32,000 bases of DNA from Methanococcus maripaludis (GTDB lineage: Archaea > AGJL01 > Methanococci > Methanococcales > Methanococcaceae): assembly GCF_002945325.1 (NCBI RefSeq), contig NZ_CP026606.1:960001-992000 (forward strand), written 5' to 3'. This document shows, in pieces, positions 1 through 11,305 of this stretch. Position 1 is the first letter of the stretch. Each line of letters starts with the position of its first letter. The notes beneath the pieces were generated by a model, which worked only from the letters and a program-made list of their open reading frames with translations, was not told where the DNA came from and searched no databases. Position numbers and translations under genes: made by a program.

Positions 1-101
1 TACTTATTTTTAAGTTTTACTACCGCTTCGTAGTCGTATTCTCCTTCCAAGATACTTCCAGGGTAGTGTATCTTGATATATAGAGTTGGTCTTTTTTTCA
101 A
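1..101 (-). CDS. 5'-partial view of an uncharacterised protein running off the left edge, probable TTG start, (M)KKRPTLYIKIHYPGSILEGEYDYEAVVKLKNK...
   Basis: Reverse-strand reading frame open to the window edge, preceded by GGAGGTG ribosome-binding-like sequence immediately upstream of the TTG. Confidence 0.5.
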   Translation of the reverse strand, partial: MKKRPTLYIKIHYPGSILEGEYDYEAVVKLKNK

Positions 102-158
102 AAAAGCACCTCCAATTCTACTGTCAATTTTATATACCAATCATAATTATTTAAGGTT

Positions 159-1268
159 ATGATCGGATTTAGAATGACTTCAAAAAACAAGTACAGTATT
201 TCAAAATTATATCCTCTAGTAGGTGGGACACTATTCAAAGAATTTAGCGAAATAATTGAAAATCTGGATTCTTTAGATATTTTAATATATTCATTTATGA
301 GTATGCAGGAAAAAGAAGTTTTAAACGAAATAAATGAATTAAAAAAACTAAAAAAAGATGTTATATTAATTGCGGGAGGAGCTCACCCATCAGGATGTCC
401 AGAAGATACATTAAACATGGGATTTGACCACGTAATAATTGGTGAAGGGGAAATTTCACTACCAAATCTTATAAATTCTATAAAATCTGGAAAAACTTCT
501 GAAAAAATAATTAAAGGAATAATAATTGAGAATTTTGACAATTATGAAAAAATATGGCCCCTTGCACCAATAGAAATTACAAGAGGGTGTCCCTACAACT
601 GTAGATTCTGCCAGACTCCCCAAATATTTGGAAAAAATATAAGGCATAGAAGTATTGAAAGTATCGTAAAAATTGTAAAAACTATGGGCGATATCCGGTT
701 TGTAACCCCAAACGCGTTTTCATATGGGTCCAAAACAGGAACAAAACCAGATATTGAAAAACTTGAAAAATTGATGAAAAGTCTCTTTGAAATTAAAAAA
801 AGGCTCTTTTTTGGAACTTTTCCATCAGAAGTAAGGCCGGAATTTGTAAAATTTGAAACACTTGATTTAGTAAATAAGTATTGCGACAATAGATACATTC
901 ATTTTGGAGCGCAGAGCGGAAGCGATGAAGTTTTAAAACATATAAGACGCGGTCACACAGTTTCAGATGTTATAAATGCTGTTGAAACGTCTAAAGAATG
1001 TGATTTAATTCCAAAAGTTGATTTTATATTTGGTTTTCCAGACGAAACAAAAGATCAAAGAAAAGAAAGCATTGATCTGATGAAATACATTATAAAAAAG
1101 AATGGAAAAGTCCATGCACACTATTTTATGCCCCTTTGTGGAACTTACTTTGAAAACAGCACCCCAGAATTACTTGAAAAAGAAACCTTAGATATTTTAG
1201 GAAAAATGGCAAAAAAAGGACAGATTACTGGTTCGTGGGGATACCAGTACTCCAAAAATTTAGAATGA
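159..1268 (+). CDS. B12-binding domain / radical SAM protein (MJ1487-like family)
   Basis: Radical SAM cluster motif CPYNCRFCQTP; N-terminal Rossmann-like segment with AGGAHPSG and GEGE; HFGAQSGSDEVLKHIRRGH and DFIFGFPDET motifs typical of the radical SAM family. Confidence 0.85.
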   Translation: MIGFRMTSKNKYSISKLYPLVGGTLFKEFSEIIENLDSLDILIYSFMSMQEKEVLNEINELKKLKKDVILIAGGAHPSGCPEDTLNMGFDHVIIGEGEISLPNLINSIKSGKTSEKIIKGIIIENFDNYEKIWPLAPIEITRGCPYNCRFCQTPQIFGKNIRHRSIESIVKIVKTMGDIRFVTPNAFSYGSKTGTKPDIEKLEKLMKSLFEIKKRLFFGTFPSEVRPEFVKFETLDLVNKYCDNRYIHFGAQSGSDEVLKHIRRGHTVSDVINAVETSKECDLIPKVDFIFGFPDETKDQRKESIDLMKYIIKKNGKVHAHYFMPLCGTYFENSTPELLEKETLDILGKMAKKGQITGSWGYQYSKNLE

Positions 1269-1272
1269 AAAT

Positions 1273-1752
<480 letters not shown>

Positions 1753-1775
1753 TTAAAATAGCTAATTAAATGTAA

Positions 1776-2729
1776 TTAGTGAATTCTTTCGATGATAAAA
1801 TCTGCAATGTTTTCGAGATTTTTTCTTTTTTCTGCATCGAATATTTTTAAGTAATCTTTAGCTTCTTCTGTTGCGTTTTTCATTGTATCTTTTGCATAAT
1901 TAATAGAATCGGCTAAAAGTTCAATTGCTTCTGCAACTTCTTGTTGATTTGCATCTTGATTTCCTAAAATCTGCAATAATCTTTCTTTTTTATCTTCAGA
2001 AAGGTTTTCCATTGCGTGAATTACCATCATTGTCTTTTTACCTTCAACAATGTCACTACCCACAGGCTTTCCGATTGTTTTTTGATCCCCAATTAAATCT
2101 AAAACATCGTCTTGAATCTGGAAAGTCATTCCAATTCTTTTTGCATAATTACAGAGTGCTTCTCTTTCTTCAGGAGTGCAGTCTGCCATAACTGCTCCAA
2201 TTTCTACAGGGGCTACAATTAAAGCACCTGTTTTTTTGGAAATCATTTCAAGGTATTCATCTAAAGTCGGGAATCTTTCTTCAAATTCCATGTCTTCAGT
2301 CTGTCCTTCGCAGACTTCAACACATGCCTTAGATAAAACCTTTAAAACTTCGTGAGCCTTTTTACTATCTTCAATATTTGAAAGAGCTTCAAAAGCCTTT
2401 GCATATAACAAATCTCCAGCCAAAATTGCGATTGGTTCACCATAAACCGTGTGAACTGTAGGGATTCCCCTTCTTTGGTCATCATTATCCATTATATCGT
2501 CATGAACTAATGTATAATTATGAATCAATTCAACAGAAAGTGCTGGTGCCATTATTTCAGTAAGGTCATCTTTCTTCAAGAGATATGTTAAAATTGAAAG
2601 ATAAGGTCTTACTCTTTTACCGCCTGCAAGTAATAGGTGTTTTGATGCACCGTAAAGTTTAGTATCTTTTTCCATATATTTTTTGAGTTCAGAATCGATT
2701 TTTGACAATATTTCCCTATCAAACACCAT
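1776..2729 (-). CDS. idsA: Short-chain polyprenyl (geranylgeranyl/farnesyl) diphosphate synthase
   Basis: GGKRVRPYL, first aspartate-rich motif VHDDIMDNDDQRRG, second motif FQIQDDVLDLIGD. Confidence 0.9.
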   Translation of the reverse strand: MVFDREILSKIDSELKKYMEKDTKLYGASKHLLLAGGKRVRPYLSILTYLLKKDDLTEIMAPALSVELIHNYTLVHDDIMDNDDQRRGIPTVHTVYGEPIAILAGDLLYAKAFEALSNIEDSKKAHEVLKVLSKACVEVCEGQTEDMEFEERFPTLDEYLEMISKKTGALIVAPVEIGAVMADCTPEEREALCNYAKRIGMTFQIQDDVLDLIGDQKTIGKPVGSDIVEGKKTMMVIHAMENLSEDKKERLLQILGNQDANQQEVAEAIELLADSINYAKDTMKNATEEAKDYLKIFDAEKRKNLENIADFIIERIH

Positions 2730-2742
2730 TTTAGCACCTCAA

Positions 2743-4089
2743 TTAAATTACTCTTTCAAATTTCAAGCTTTGACCGTTTCTGAGTAAGTGTACATCTTCA
2801 CCGAGTCTGAATCCTTCTTCTTCTGCTAATTTAGCATATGCTGAAGTTAAATTAAAATCACCGTGGGCAGGTATCAAATGTTCTGGTTGTAACCATCTTA
2901 ATATGTCCCTGTGATCTTCTTTTGCTGCGTGTCCAGATACGTGAGCTCCTTTAAATAGCCTAACTCCTGCTAAATTTAATCTTGCTTCCAATAAATATCT
3001 TTGTGCCGCATTCATTGGGTTTGGAATAACATCTGCTGAAAATACAACCTGATCGTATTTTTCAAACCTGAATGGAGTTTTATTTGTTGCCATCCTGGAT
3101 AAAACCGCACCTTCTTCTCCCTGGTGTCCTGTAACAACCATAAGGTAGTTTTCTTTACCGTCTTTCATTATCTGGTGGAAGGTTTTATCGATTGATGAAG
3201 GGTCCCAGCAAATTTTTGTTTCTTTTGGGAATTTTACTAAACCGATATCTTGTGCAATTCCACAGTATTTTGACATTGATCTTCCAACAAGTACTGGAAT
3301 TCTGCCCATTTTTGAAGCAATATCGGTAATGGATTTAATTCTTGCAATGTGTGATGAAAATGTAGTTACCACAACTGCATTGTCTTCATTGTCAGTTCCT
3401 AAAAGGTCGTTTTTCAAAAGGTTTGCAGCAACTCCTTCTGATGCTGTTTTTCCTTCAAAATCAACTCTTGTACTTTCGGAAACCATTGCAATTACGCCCT
3501 GTTTTCCAATTCTTTTTAACGCTTTGTAATCTGGTTTTTCGCCAACTACAGGGAAATTATCAAATTTAAAGTCGTTTCCATAAACTACTGCACCATAAGG
3601 TGTGTGAAGTACTGCCATTGCAGCATCAGGAATACTGTGTGTAATTTTTACAAATTCTAAAGTAATATTTGCTGTTAAATCTAATTTATTTCCGTTTTCT
3701 AAAGTAATTAATGGATTTCTAACATCAAATTTCTTTTCGCTTAAAATTTCTCTTTTTACGAGTTCTAAAGTATATGGAGTTCCGATAATTGGAGCGTTGT
3801 ACCTGTGTGCAAGTTTTGTAATTGCTCCGATGTGGTCGAGGTGCCCGTGTGTTAAAACAATCGCCTTAACCTCTCCTTCGATATTTTTCATTACCGTATC
3901 ATCTGGAATTACGCCCATCTCAATTAAATTTAAACTGTGCATTTTTGAGATGTCCGTATCCTCGTGAATCATTATCCTGTCGAGTCTTACACCCATATCG
4001 AAAATTATGATCTCGCCGTCGATATTTACGGCAGTCATGTTCCTTCCGACTTCTTCGTATCCACCTATTGCGACTACTTCTAACTGCAA
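2743..4089 (-). CDS. RNase J-type metallo-beta-lactamase/beta-CASP ribonuclease
   Basis: HGHLDHIG metal-binding motif, GGYEEVGRNM N-terminus, C-terminal beta-CASP features (MVVTGHQGEEGAVLSRM, HVSGHA, LIPAHGD). Confidence 0.9.
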   Translation of the reverse strand: MQLEVVAIGGYEEVGRNMTAVNIDGEIIIFDMGVRLDRIMIHEDTDISKMHSLNLIEMGVIPDDTVMKNIEGEVKAIVLTHGHLDHIGAITKLAHRYNAPIIGTPYTLELVKREILSEKKFDVRNPLITLENGNKLDLTANITLEFVKITHSIPDAAMAVLHTPYGAVVYGNDFKFDNFPVVGEKPDYKALKRIGKQGVIAMVSESTRVDFEGKTASEGVAANLLKNDLLGTDNEDNAVVVTTFSSHIARIKSITDIASKMGRIPVLVGRSMSKYCGIAQDIGLVKFPKETKICWDPSSIDKTFHQIMKDGKENYLMVVTGHQGEEGAVLSRMATNKTPFRFEKYDQVVFSADVIPNPMNAAQRYLLEARLNLAGVRLFKGAHVSGHAAKEDHRDILRWLQPEHLIPAHGDFNLTSAYAKLAEEEGFRLGEDVHLLRNGQSLKFERVI

Positions 4090-4161
4090 ATTATCACATC
4101 CTTTGCTTTGAATACATGAATAAATAAATTGAAAAAATTCCGATGGATAATATTTAAATTA

Positions 4162-5229
4162 TTAAATCTGATCCTTCCAATTCTTTAAATCGCCTTTTAA
4201 AATATATCTGGCAGATTTTAGTTCGTTTATGTTATTACATCCTGTCAAAAACATTGTAGTTTTTAACTCTTTAATCATTCTCTCTAGAACAGTTGTAACA
4301 GCTTCTGAAGACTTTAATGCTGCTTTTAAAATTGGTAAAGCAGTTCCACAGCAGTTTGCACCAATTGAAATTGATTTTGCAATATCGATTCCAGTCCTGA
4401 TTCCGCCTGTTGCAATTATCGGTCCTGAAAAGGCTGAATTTACTTCCAGAATTGATGCGGCAGTTGGAATTCCCCAGTTAAAATACTGGTTTGAAAAATT
4501 CTTCTGCTCTTCATCTTTTATCCTGTAAAGCTCTACAGCAGCCCATGAAGTTCCGCCGCTTCCGCCGACATCTATCGCATCAAAGCCAATTTCTTTTAAA
4601 AAAATGGCATCTTTTTTTGAAAATCCTTCGCCAACCTGCTTTGCGATAAATGGAATTTTTCCGTGAATTTTATTGTAATTTGAAATTATTTCTTTTAAAA
4701 TATTAAGTCCTTTGAAGTTTACATCGCCTTCAGGCTGTATAGCTTCCTGTAGTGGATTGAAATGAATCGCCATGGCATCTGCATCAATCATTTCTACAGA
4801 CTTTGAAATAATTTCTTCATCCCATGAATCTTCCACAAAGTTAACTGCTCCAAGGTTTCCGATAATTAATGAGGAAGTGTGATCCCTTACAACAGAATAG
4901 GTATCTTCAAGGTAGCTTTTTGATATAGCCGCCCTTTGTGAACCTACACCCATACCTAAATTCAGTTCCTCAACAGCAATAGCAATATTTTTATTGACTT
5001 CCTTTGCTTTAGGGTGTCCACCAGTTATTGCTGCTACAATTAACGGAGAATTTAATTTTTTTCCAAAAATTTCGATAGATGTATCGATATCGTCTAAATC
5101 GCAGTTTGATATACCGCTGTGAATTAATTCAACGTCCTCAAGAAGGGTCCCTTTTTTATACTCCACGTCACAGTGGTCGCACACAATAAGGTGTTCCAAC
5201 TTTCTATATTCAATGCTATTATTATTCAC
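4162..5229 (-). CDS. fni: Type 2 isopentenyl-diphosphate delta-isomerase (FMN-dependent)
   Basis: RKLEHL N-terminus, AAITGG, GSQRAAI, FIAKQVGEG, DVGGSGGTSWAAVE, TGGIRTGIDIAKSI motifs. Confidence 0.92.
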   Translation of the reverse strand: MNNNSIEYRKLEHLIVCDHCDVEYKKGTLLEDVELIHSGISNCDLDDIDTSIEIFGKKLNSPLIVAAITGGHPKAKEVNKNIAIAVEELNLGMGVGSQRAAISKSYLEDTYSVVRDHTSSLIIGNLGAVNFVEDSWDEEIISKSVEMIDADAMAIHFNPLQEAIQPEGDVNFKGLNILKEIISNYNKIHGKIPFIAKQVGEGFSKKDAIFLKEIGFDAIDVGGSGGTSWAAVELYRIKDEEQKNFSNQYFNWGIPTAASILEVNSAFSGPIIATGGIRTGIDIAKSISIGANCCGTALPILKAALKSSEAVTTVLERMIKELKTTMFLTGCNNINELKSARYILKGDLKNWKDQI

Positions 5230-5731
5230 GAATAACCACCTATATATTATTATCTAAAGTCCGAAAAATTACAGTTATAAAAACAAGGGCTGGTAAATGA
5301 TAAAAAGCTTTTCCAGATGAAAGAATAAAAAAATGGCCATAGTAATTTAAATTTAAGCTTAATTTTTAGATTTTTAATAAATTTAAATTCTACCTGTTTT
5401 TTTAATTTAGGCAGTAATTAAGATGTAAAAAACAGATTTTATTCCCAACTAAATTAATTTTATTTCTTAAATACTTTTGGGTGGTTTATGATTCCCATTA
5501 CTAAAACGCTAAGGTTTTTGCACACAGTATATAAAACTATCGATGATTTAATTACATACACTGTTTTTAGTTCCGTTTTGTTCTTAGAATTGCGATTCTA
5601 TTTAGTAAATCATATATATACTTTTCGAAATATATAAATACTATCGTGCGAAAACTATATATGAATCGATTTTATTGTTAAATATTCATAACTCTCGATA
5701 TACCATAATCATTCGATATGGGGGAATCTCG

Positions 5732-6013
5732 TTGGAAAAAATAAAAATACTGCATAGAACTCCAAAAGGAAAAATAATTGGGCGTGTTAAAAAACAGCCT
5801 CGTTTTAATTCGCCTGTTGGAATAAAACTTAAAGATAGAGTTAAAAAGATTGGAAAAATCTACGATGTATTTGGACCTGTTGAAGAACCGTATGTAAAAA
5901 TAATTCCTTATAGTGAAGACGACGCTGAAAAAACCTTGGAATCGGATAATGTTTTCGTTATGAATGAACAATCAAAAAAACAATCAAAACCCCGTAAAAA
6001 AGGAAGAAGATAA
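5732..6013 (+). CDS. gar1: H/ACA ribonucleoprotein protein Gar1 (ORF given from 5675; TTG start at 5732 preferred)
   Basis: Gar1-like core GKIIGRVKKQPRFNSPVGIKLKDRVKKIGKIYDVFGPVEEPYVKIIP and basic C-terminus; GGGGGAA ribosome-binding-like sequence just upstream of TTG 5732. Confidence 0.8.
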   Translation: MEKIKILHRTPKGKIIGRVKKQPRFNSPVGIKLKDRVKKIGKIYDVFGPVEEPYVKIIPYSEDDAEKTLESDNVFVMNEQSKKQSKPRKKGRR

Positions 6014-6031
6014 CTTTAAGACGGTGTTATC

Positions 6032-7051
6032 ATGAAAATCGAATCTGTTACAAAAGAAGATACTAAAAAGCCTGAAAGAAAGATTAAAATTGCTATCGCA
6101 AAGCCTGAAGACTACTCAAATAAGAATGTTATTTTAGAAAAGGAAGAAGAATTAATCTGTCCTGTCTGTGGTAGTAAAAGTATTATTAAAGATTATGAAC
6201 GGGCTGAAATCGTTTGTGAAATGTGTGGATGTGTTTTACAGCAGAATTTATTTGACGTGGGTCCTGAATGGAGAGCCTTTGATCACGAACAGCGTGTAAA
6301 AAGAAGTAGGGTTGGAGCTCCAATGACTTATACAATCCACGATAAAGGTTTATCAACAGTTATCGACTGGAGAAATAAAGACAGCTACGGAAAAGATATT
6401 TCTGCAGATAAAAGAGCTCAACTTTATAGATTAAGAAAATGGCAGAGAAGAATCAGGGTTTCTGATGCATCTGAAAGAAACTTAGCTTTTGCACTTTCCG
6501 AACTTGACAGGATAGCTTCAAAATTGGGTCTTCCAAGAAACGTTAGGGAAAACGCTGCAGTTCTTTACAGGGGTGCTGTTGAAAAAGGGCTCATTAGGGG
6601 AAGAAGTATTGAAGGTGTTGCCGCTGCTGCACTCTACGCTGCATGCAGACGATGTAAAGTTCCAAGAACTCTTGATGAAATTGCAGAAGTTTCAAGAGTG
6701 GATAGAAAAGAAATTGGAAGAACATATAGATTTATTTCACGAGAATTAAACATCAGGCTTGCTCCAACAAATCCTGTGGATTATGTTCCAAGATTCGCTT
6801 CAGAATTAAAACTTCCAGGAGAAGTTGAATCAAAAGCAATATCAATCTTGCAAAAAGCAGGAGAACGTGGTCTTACTAGTGGTAGAGGACCTACGGGAGT
6901 TGCCGCTGCTGCAATTTATATTGCAAGTGTTTTACAGGGAACTAGAAGAACTCAGAGAGAAGTTGCAGATGTTGCAGGAGTTACTGAAGTTACAATAAGA
7001 AATAGGTACAAAGAGCTAACAGAACACTTAGATATCGATGTAACATTATAA
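6032..7051 (+). CDS. tfb: Transcription initiation factor TFB (TFIIB homologue)
   Basis: N-terminal zinc ribbon [27 protein letters not shown], followed by two cyclin-like repeats. Confidence 0.97.
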   Translation: MKIESVTKEDTKKPERKIKIAIAKPEDYSNKNVILEKEEELICPVCGSKSIIKDYERAEIVCEMCGCVLQQNLFDVGPEWRAFDHEQRVKRSRVGAPMTYTIHDKGLSTVIDWRNKDSYGKDISADKRAQLYRLRKWQRRIRVSDASERNLAFALSELDRIASKLGLPRNVRENAAVLYRGAVEKGLIRGRSIEGVAAAALYAACRRCKVPRTLDEIAEVSRVDRKEIGRTYRFISRELNIRLAPTNPVDYVPRFASELKLPGEVESKAISILQKAGERGLTSGRGPTGVAAAAIYIASVLQGTRRTQREVADVAGVTEVTIRNRYKELTEHLDIDVTL

Positions 7052-7060
7052 GGTGATAAT

Positions 7061-8710
7061 ATGGGGCTTTTTGACAGAATCCAAAGCAGAGATTCCAATC
7101 CATCTGTCGCTAAAAAAAATAATGTATCTGAAAAAGTATCTGAAACCCCGAGCATACTTGATAATTCTGAAAAGGTCAAAAAACCCGAAATAAAAGTGGG
7201 TTTTTCAGTGAATGAACGGGCAAAACAGCCAGTAGAAGAATTTGAAAGAGATTCTACAAGCTCAATACTTGATAAATACTTTGTAAAAGTTGATGACATT
7301 GATTTTGATGTAATTATTGAAAAAGAAAATGGTGTCACACTATACAAGATTCCAGAAATCACTCTTATGAATACAGCTCTTGCAAAATTTTCAGATATGG
7401 ATATTAAAACAATAAAAGCGGAACTTTCAGAATCTACCCTTCAAAAATTAGGGCAGATTCAAGGATACCTTAAAAATTATTCGGAAAAAAATAATTTACA
7501 TTTAAGAGACATAGAAATACTCCATTTATCACACTATTTTTACTTAATAATTGGAAAATTAGGGCTTTTAGAAATTCCATTAAATGATAGCAAATTAGAA
7601 GAAGTAATGGTAAATGGTGTTGAATCACCTTCTTTTGTATTTCATAGAAAATACCAGATGTGTGAGACAAATATTAGACTTGATAGACACGAAGCAACGC
7701 GGGTTGTTGAAAGCATTGCTTATCTTGCAGGCAGGACTATTGATTCAAGAACTCCAATGCTTGATGCATTTTTACCAGATGGAAGCAGGGTTAACGCTAC
7801 AATGAGTGATGTTACATTGGGTGGAAATACAATTACCATTCGTAAGTTTAGTGAAGATCCATTAACTATTGTTGATTTGATTAATTTTGGAACTTTTGAT
7901 TTAGAACTTGCGGCATTCCTCTGGCAGGCTGTTGAAGGGTACTTTGGTGCAAAACCTGCAAACACACTTATTGTAGGTGGAACTGGTTCGGGTAAAACTA
8001 CAACTTTAAACGTTGTTTCAATGTTTTCGATGTATACCGATAGACTTGTAACTATTGAAGATACTCCAGAGTTACAGGTTCCACTAACGCACCTGATAAA
8101 AATGATTACAAGACCTGGAAGACCGGGTATTCAAGGTTATGAAATCACGATGGATGACCTGATTAAAAATTCCTTAAGGATGAGGCCTGACAGGATATTT
8201 GTAGGGGAAGTTAGGGGTAGTGAAGCCCACTCATTGCTTGTTGCTATGAACACCGGGCACGATGGATGTTCCGGAACTCTGCACGCAAACAGCGCAGATG
8301 AAGCACTCATTAGGTTAATAAACCCTCCTATGAACGTTCCAAAAGTTATGATGTCTTCAGTTGATTTTATCATAAACCAGCAGCGTATTAAACGTAATAA
8401 AAAAACTGTTAGAAGGATCCTTGGTGTTGTTGAAATCGGAGGAAGTGGGGAAAATATTACAAAAACTGAGCTCTTTAAATACGATGGAATAAGCGACAGT
8501 GTTGTAAAAACAGGAATTTGTATGTGGGAAGAAGACGTGTGCCAGATTGCAGGTATTACGAGAGATGAATTAATGGACGATAGAATCAATAGAAAGAAAG
8601 TACTAAAATATATGGTGAACAACAATATTAATGATATTAGAAAAGTAGGGGATGTACTTAAGCAATATCAGGAAAATCCAGAAAATGTCTTGAAAAACAT
8701 TTTGGAATAA
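7061..8710 (+). CDS. epdL: Type IV pilus/type II secretion assembly ATPase (VirB11/GspE superfamily), likely EpdL
   Basis: Walker A GGTGSGKTTT, Asp box TIEDTPELQ, Walker B MRPDRIFVGEVRG, His box GHDGCSGTLHANSADEA; followed by TadC-like membrane proteins. Confidence 0.88.
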   Translation: MGLFDRIQSRDSNPSVAKKNNVSEKVSETPSILDNSEKVKKPEIKVGFSVNERAKQPVEEFERDSTSSILDKYFVKVDDIDFDVIIEKENGVTLYKIPEITLMNTALAKFSDMDIKTIKAELSESTLQKLGQIQGYLKNYSEKNNLHLRDIEILHLSHYFYLIIGKLGLLEIPLNDSKLEEVMVNGVESPSFVFHRKYQMCETNIRLDRHEATRVVESIAYLAGRTIDSRTPMLDAFLPDGSRVNATMSDVTLGGNTITIRKFSEDPLTIVDLINFGTFDLELAAFLWQAVEGYFGAKPANTLIVGGTGSGKTTTLNVVSMFSMYTDRLVTIEDTPELQVPLTHLIKMITRPGRPGIQGYEITMDDLIKNSLRMRPDRIFVGEVRGSEAHSLLVAMNTGHDGCSGTLHANSADEALIRLINPPMNVPKVMMSSVDFIINQQRIKRNKKTVRRILGVVEIGGSGENITKTELFKYDGISDSVVKTGICMWEEDVCQIAGITRDELMDDRINRKKVLKYMVNNNINDIRKVGDVLKQYQENPENVLKNILE

Positions 8711-8721
8711 TTGGGGTTTAG

Positions 8722-9780
8722 ATGAAAAGAAAAACTGAAAAAAAACAGGGTACTTTTGATAAACTCGCCAATACATTAAAAGGAGTTAAAACTCCGAAAA
8801 AAAGAAAAATATCTAGGGTTGGAAGATCGGAATATTTAAAAAAAATCTTCGAAAGAAAAACTGAAGATATACATAAAGATGAGATTTTAGAGTTTTACGA
8901 ACCATATATCGATGAAACTCCCGAAGTAAGTATTGACTTAGATGATTTACTTTTTGAAAAAAAAGAATTTGGAGCACTTGGCGGATACTCCAGATCTTTT
9001 TCATACTGGGTTACAAACACCTCATTTTTACCTTCTAAGAGGGATTACCAGTATGCAGGTATTGTAGATGAGCGAGTTTATTTCTTAAAGATGATGATTG
9101 CAGCAATCACCACGGTTGTTTTATTCATAATTTACGGTGTTTTGACCGGCGATGTATTTTCTGGCGTTTCTAATGGGGTACTTTTAGCAGTTATTATAGT
9201 TGTTGGTAGTATATTTTATCCAAAACTAAAATTAACATTGTTTAGAGGGGAAATTAAAATTCAGGTGTTAATGAGTATATTACACCTTATTTCAATGTTA
9301 AACTCTGGTGCTTCTGTTCAGGAATCCTTGAAAAATATTGCAAACAATCCAGAATATGGAATTACCTCTTTTGAATTTAGAAGTATTATAAAAGATATTA
9401 ATCAGGGTGGGTATAACTTCGTAGAAGCTCTCGAAAGAGCTAAAATGAGGACTAAAATACATATAATGAGACAGCTTTACGACCAGTTGATTCTTGCAGC
9501 AAATAAGGGTGGAACACAGCTTTTACTTGAAAATTTGTATAATGAAATTGTAAGAGAATCTATGTCAAAAATAGACAGTTCAAAATTCCAAATATCAAAT
9601 TTGGGAAATCTTATATTTGGTATTGGTTTGATTATCCCATTTTCAGGAATGATACAGTCAGCATTGGGTGCTCAGCAAGGATTTGACGGAATTATCAATG
9701 CTATTGACCTCGTGATGGGCAAAATAGGGTTAATGTCAACAATTATATTTACCATCTTTATTAAAATGAAGATTGAGTGA
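8722..9780 (+). CDS. epdK: TadC/GspF-like pilus assembly membrane protein (probable EpdK)
   Basis: T2SSF-type cytoplasmic domain plus hydrophobic segments; in tight operon with the ATPase. The epdK/epdJ assignment is from recollection of the M. maripaludis locus order. Confidence 0.75.
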   Translation: MKRKTEKKQGTFDKLANTLKGVKTPKKRKISRVGRSEYLKKIFERKTEDIHKDEILEFYEPYIDETPEVSIDLDDLLFEKKEFGALGGYSRSFSYWVTNTSFLPSKRDYQYAGIVDERVYFLKMMIAAITTVVLFIIYGVLTGDVFSGVSNGVLLAVIIVVGSIFYPKLKLTLFRGEIKIQVLMSILHLISMLNSGASVQESLKNIANNPEYGITSFEFRSIIKDINQGGYNFVEALERAKMRTKIHIMRQLYDQLILAANKGGTQLLLENLYNEIVRESMSKIDSSKFQISNLGNLIFGIGLIIPFSGMIQSALGAQQGFDGIINAIDLVMGKIGLMSTIIFTIFIKMKIE

Positions 9781-10681
9781 AATTATGGATGCCAAAAAAT
9801 ACCTAGATCATGTATATCATGTTTTAATTGTACGAAATATTAAGATATTAAAAAAAACAGGTAGAAAACTTGATGAACGAGTTTTTATCGGAATATTATT
9901 GGTTATAACGATTTTACCAATATTGTTAAAAATATTTTTAGGTTTCACCTTAAAAACTACCTTGATTTTAACTTTTGTATATTTAGGATCCGTTCTTTCA
10001 CTCCCGACGATTATGTATGAATCTAAAATGGATAAATTCGACAAAAATATACCTAAAGCACTATACGTCATGGTTTTATCACTTGATTCCGGACGTTCTG
10101 TTGTTGAAGCAATTAATGAAGTTATAAGAAGTGGAATTCCTGAAGTGGACGTAGTTTTTTCAAAAATTGTTACATTAATGACTGAAAGAAAATTGAGTTT
10201 TGAAGATGCAATGATACTTGTTTCAAATTCTCTTGATTCAAAGATATTTAGACAGGTTGGAAGGTTAATCATTGAAAATAGAAAATATGGTGGAGAGCTT
10301 GCAGACACTCTGAAAAAACTTGCAAAAACACTTGACGACCTTCAAAATTTAAAATCCCAACTTCTAAGTGTCACTGCAAACGGTCTTGCAGTGGGCCTTA
10401 TAATTCTCTGTGGTGTGATTCCTGCAACTGCTGGTTTGATTGGGGGTTATTTAACAGTAATATCTCAGTTAGCACCAACAATGCCGTCAGTTGAAGCTTC
10501 ACAAATATCAAAAGCGATTGAAACGATACAGATGGGTTCTGGATTATTCGGGCTGTTTTTTGCAGTTCCATTATTTGGTTTAAAAGTAAATAGAATGATA
10601 ATTACGTGTGCGGTATGTATGACTTTTGCGATCGGCACATTTTATGCAGTATTGAGACTTACCGGACTGTTGTTTGCATAA
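9773..10681 (+). CDS. epdJ: TadC/GspF-like pilus assembly membrane protein (probable EpdJ)
   Basis: Hydrophobic segments, T2SSF-like sequence (LSLDSGRSVVEAINEVIRSG); overlaps preceding CDS by 8 nt. Confidence 0.75.
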   Translation: MSEIMDAKKYLDHVYHVLIVRNIKILKKTGRKLDERVFIGILLVITILPILLKIFLGFTLKTTLILTFVYLGSVLSLPTIMYESKMDKFDKNIPKALYVMVLSLDSGRSVVEAINEVIRSGIPEVDVVFSKIVTLMTERKLSFEDAMILVSNSLDSKIFRQVGRLIIENRKYGGELADTLKKLAKTLDDLQNLKSQLLSVTANGLAVGLIILCGVIPATAGLIGGYLTVISQLAPTMPSVEASQISKAIETIQMGSGLFGLFFAVPLFGLKVNRMIITCAVCMTFAIGTFYAVLRLTGLLFA

Positions 10682-10707
10682 AAATCATTTGTTTTAATTA
10701 ATTTTAG

Positions 10708-11295
10708 TTAATTATCAATTAACTTATTTACTTCTAAATAAAGTGCATAAACATTATTTGAAACTTCATCATTTGTTCTTTTTTTAAATTTATCAATTAC
10801 AAAATCAATATCAACCCTCAAATCCCCGGAAATTAAGTTATCCGCATTTGCTATTACTTTTTCTTCCAATGTTTTTGGAATATAATCTTTTTTAGGCAAA
10901 TTCAAATCTTCTGCTTCTTTTCTAGAAATTCCTGCACCAATATGCCGTTCTGCAATTTTAGCGTATTTTTCATTAAAATTATTTTTCAATAATATTTCAG
11001 AACCAATTATCCCGTGATCTATATTGTGGCTTTTACTTCGCCCAATGTCGTGCAAAATAGCACCCAAAACAGCCGTATCTAAATCAAAATCATGTTTGTT
11101 ATTTAATAATTTGATTCCAAACTCATAAACATAATCAGCTACCGCAATGCTGTGTAGAACCACGTTTTTTTCACAACGTTCTGTTAAAAAAGTTAAATAT
11201 TCATTAAAATTAGGTATTTCTTGCATTTTTTTAAAATTAGAAAATTTTTCATATAAAGTAGCGTCGTTTAGAAGATCATTTAAAACAATATTCAT
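10708..11295 (-). CDS. HD-domain phosphohydrolase
   Basis: HSIAVADYVYEFG ... AILHDIGRSK ... HGIIGSEIL, the HD pattern. Confidence 0.88.
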   Translation of the reverse strand: MNIVLNDLLNDATLYEKFSNFKKMQEIPNFNEYLTFLTERCEKNVVLHSIAVADYVYEFGIKLLNNKHDFDLDTAVLGAILHDIGRSKSHNIDHGIIGSEILLKNNFNEKYAKIAERHIGAGISRKEAEDLNLPKKDYIPKTLEEKVIANADNLISGDLRVDIDFVIDKFKKRTNDEVSNNVYALYLEVNKLIDN

Positions 11296-11305
11296 AGATG
11301 CAACC

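Noticed and set aside
5675-5731. N-terminal extension of the Gar1 ORF (MLNIHNSRYTIIIRYGGIS)
   Set aside because: The upstream ATG lacks a suitable ribosome-binding site, whereas GGGGGAA precedes the in-frame TTG at 5732 where the conserved sequence starts.
8137-8625. 162-aa ORF antisense to the pilus ATPase
   Set aside because: Fully overlaps a strongly conserved coding gene on the other strand, with no recognisable domain.
9817-10308. 163-aa antisense ORF in the TadC-like gene
   Set aside because: Shadow of the sense coding frame; serine/threonine-rich, low-complexity composition typical of antisense frames.
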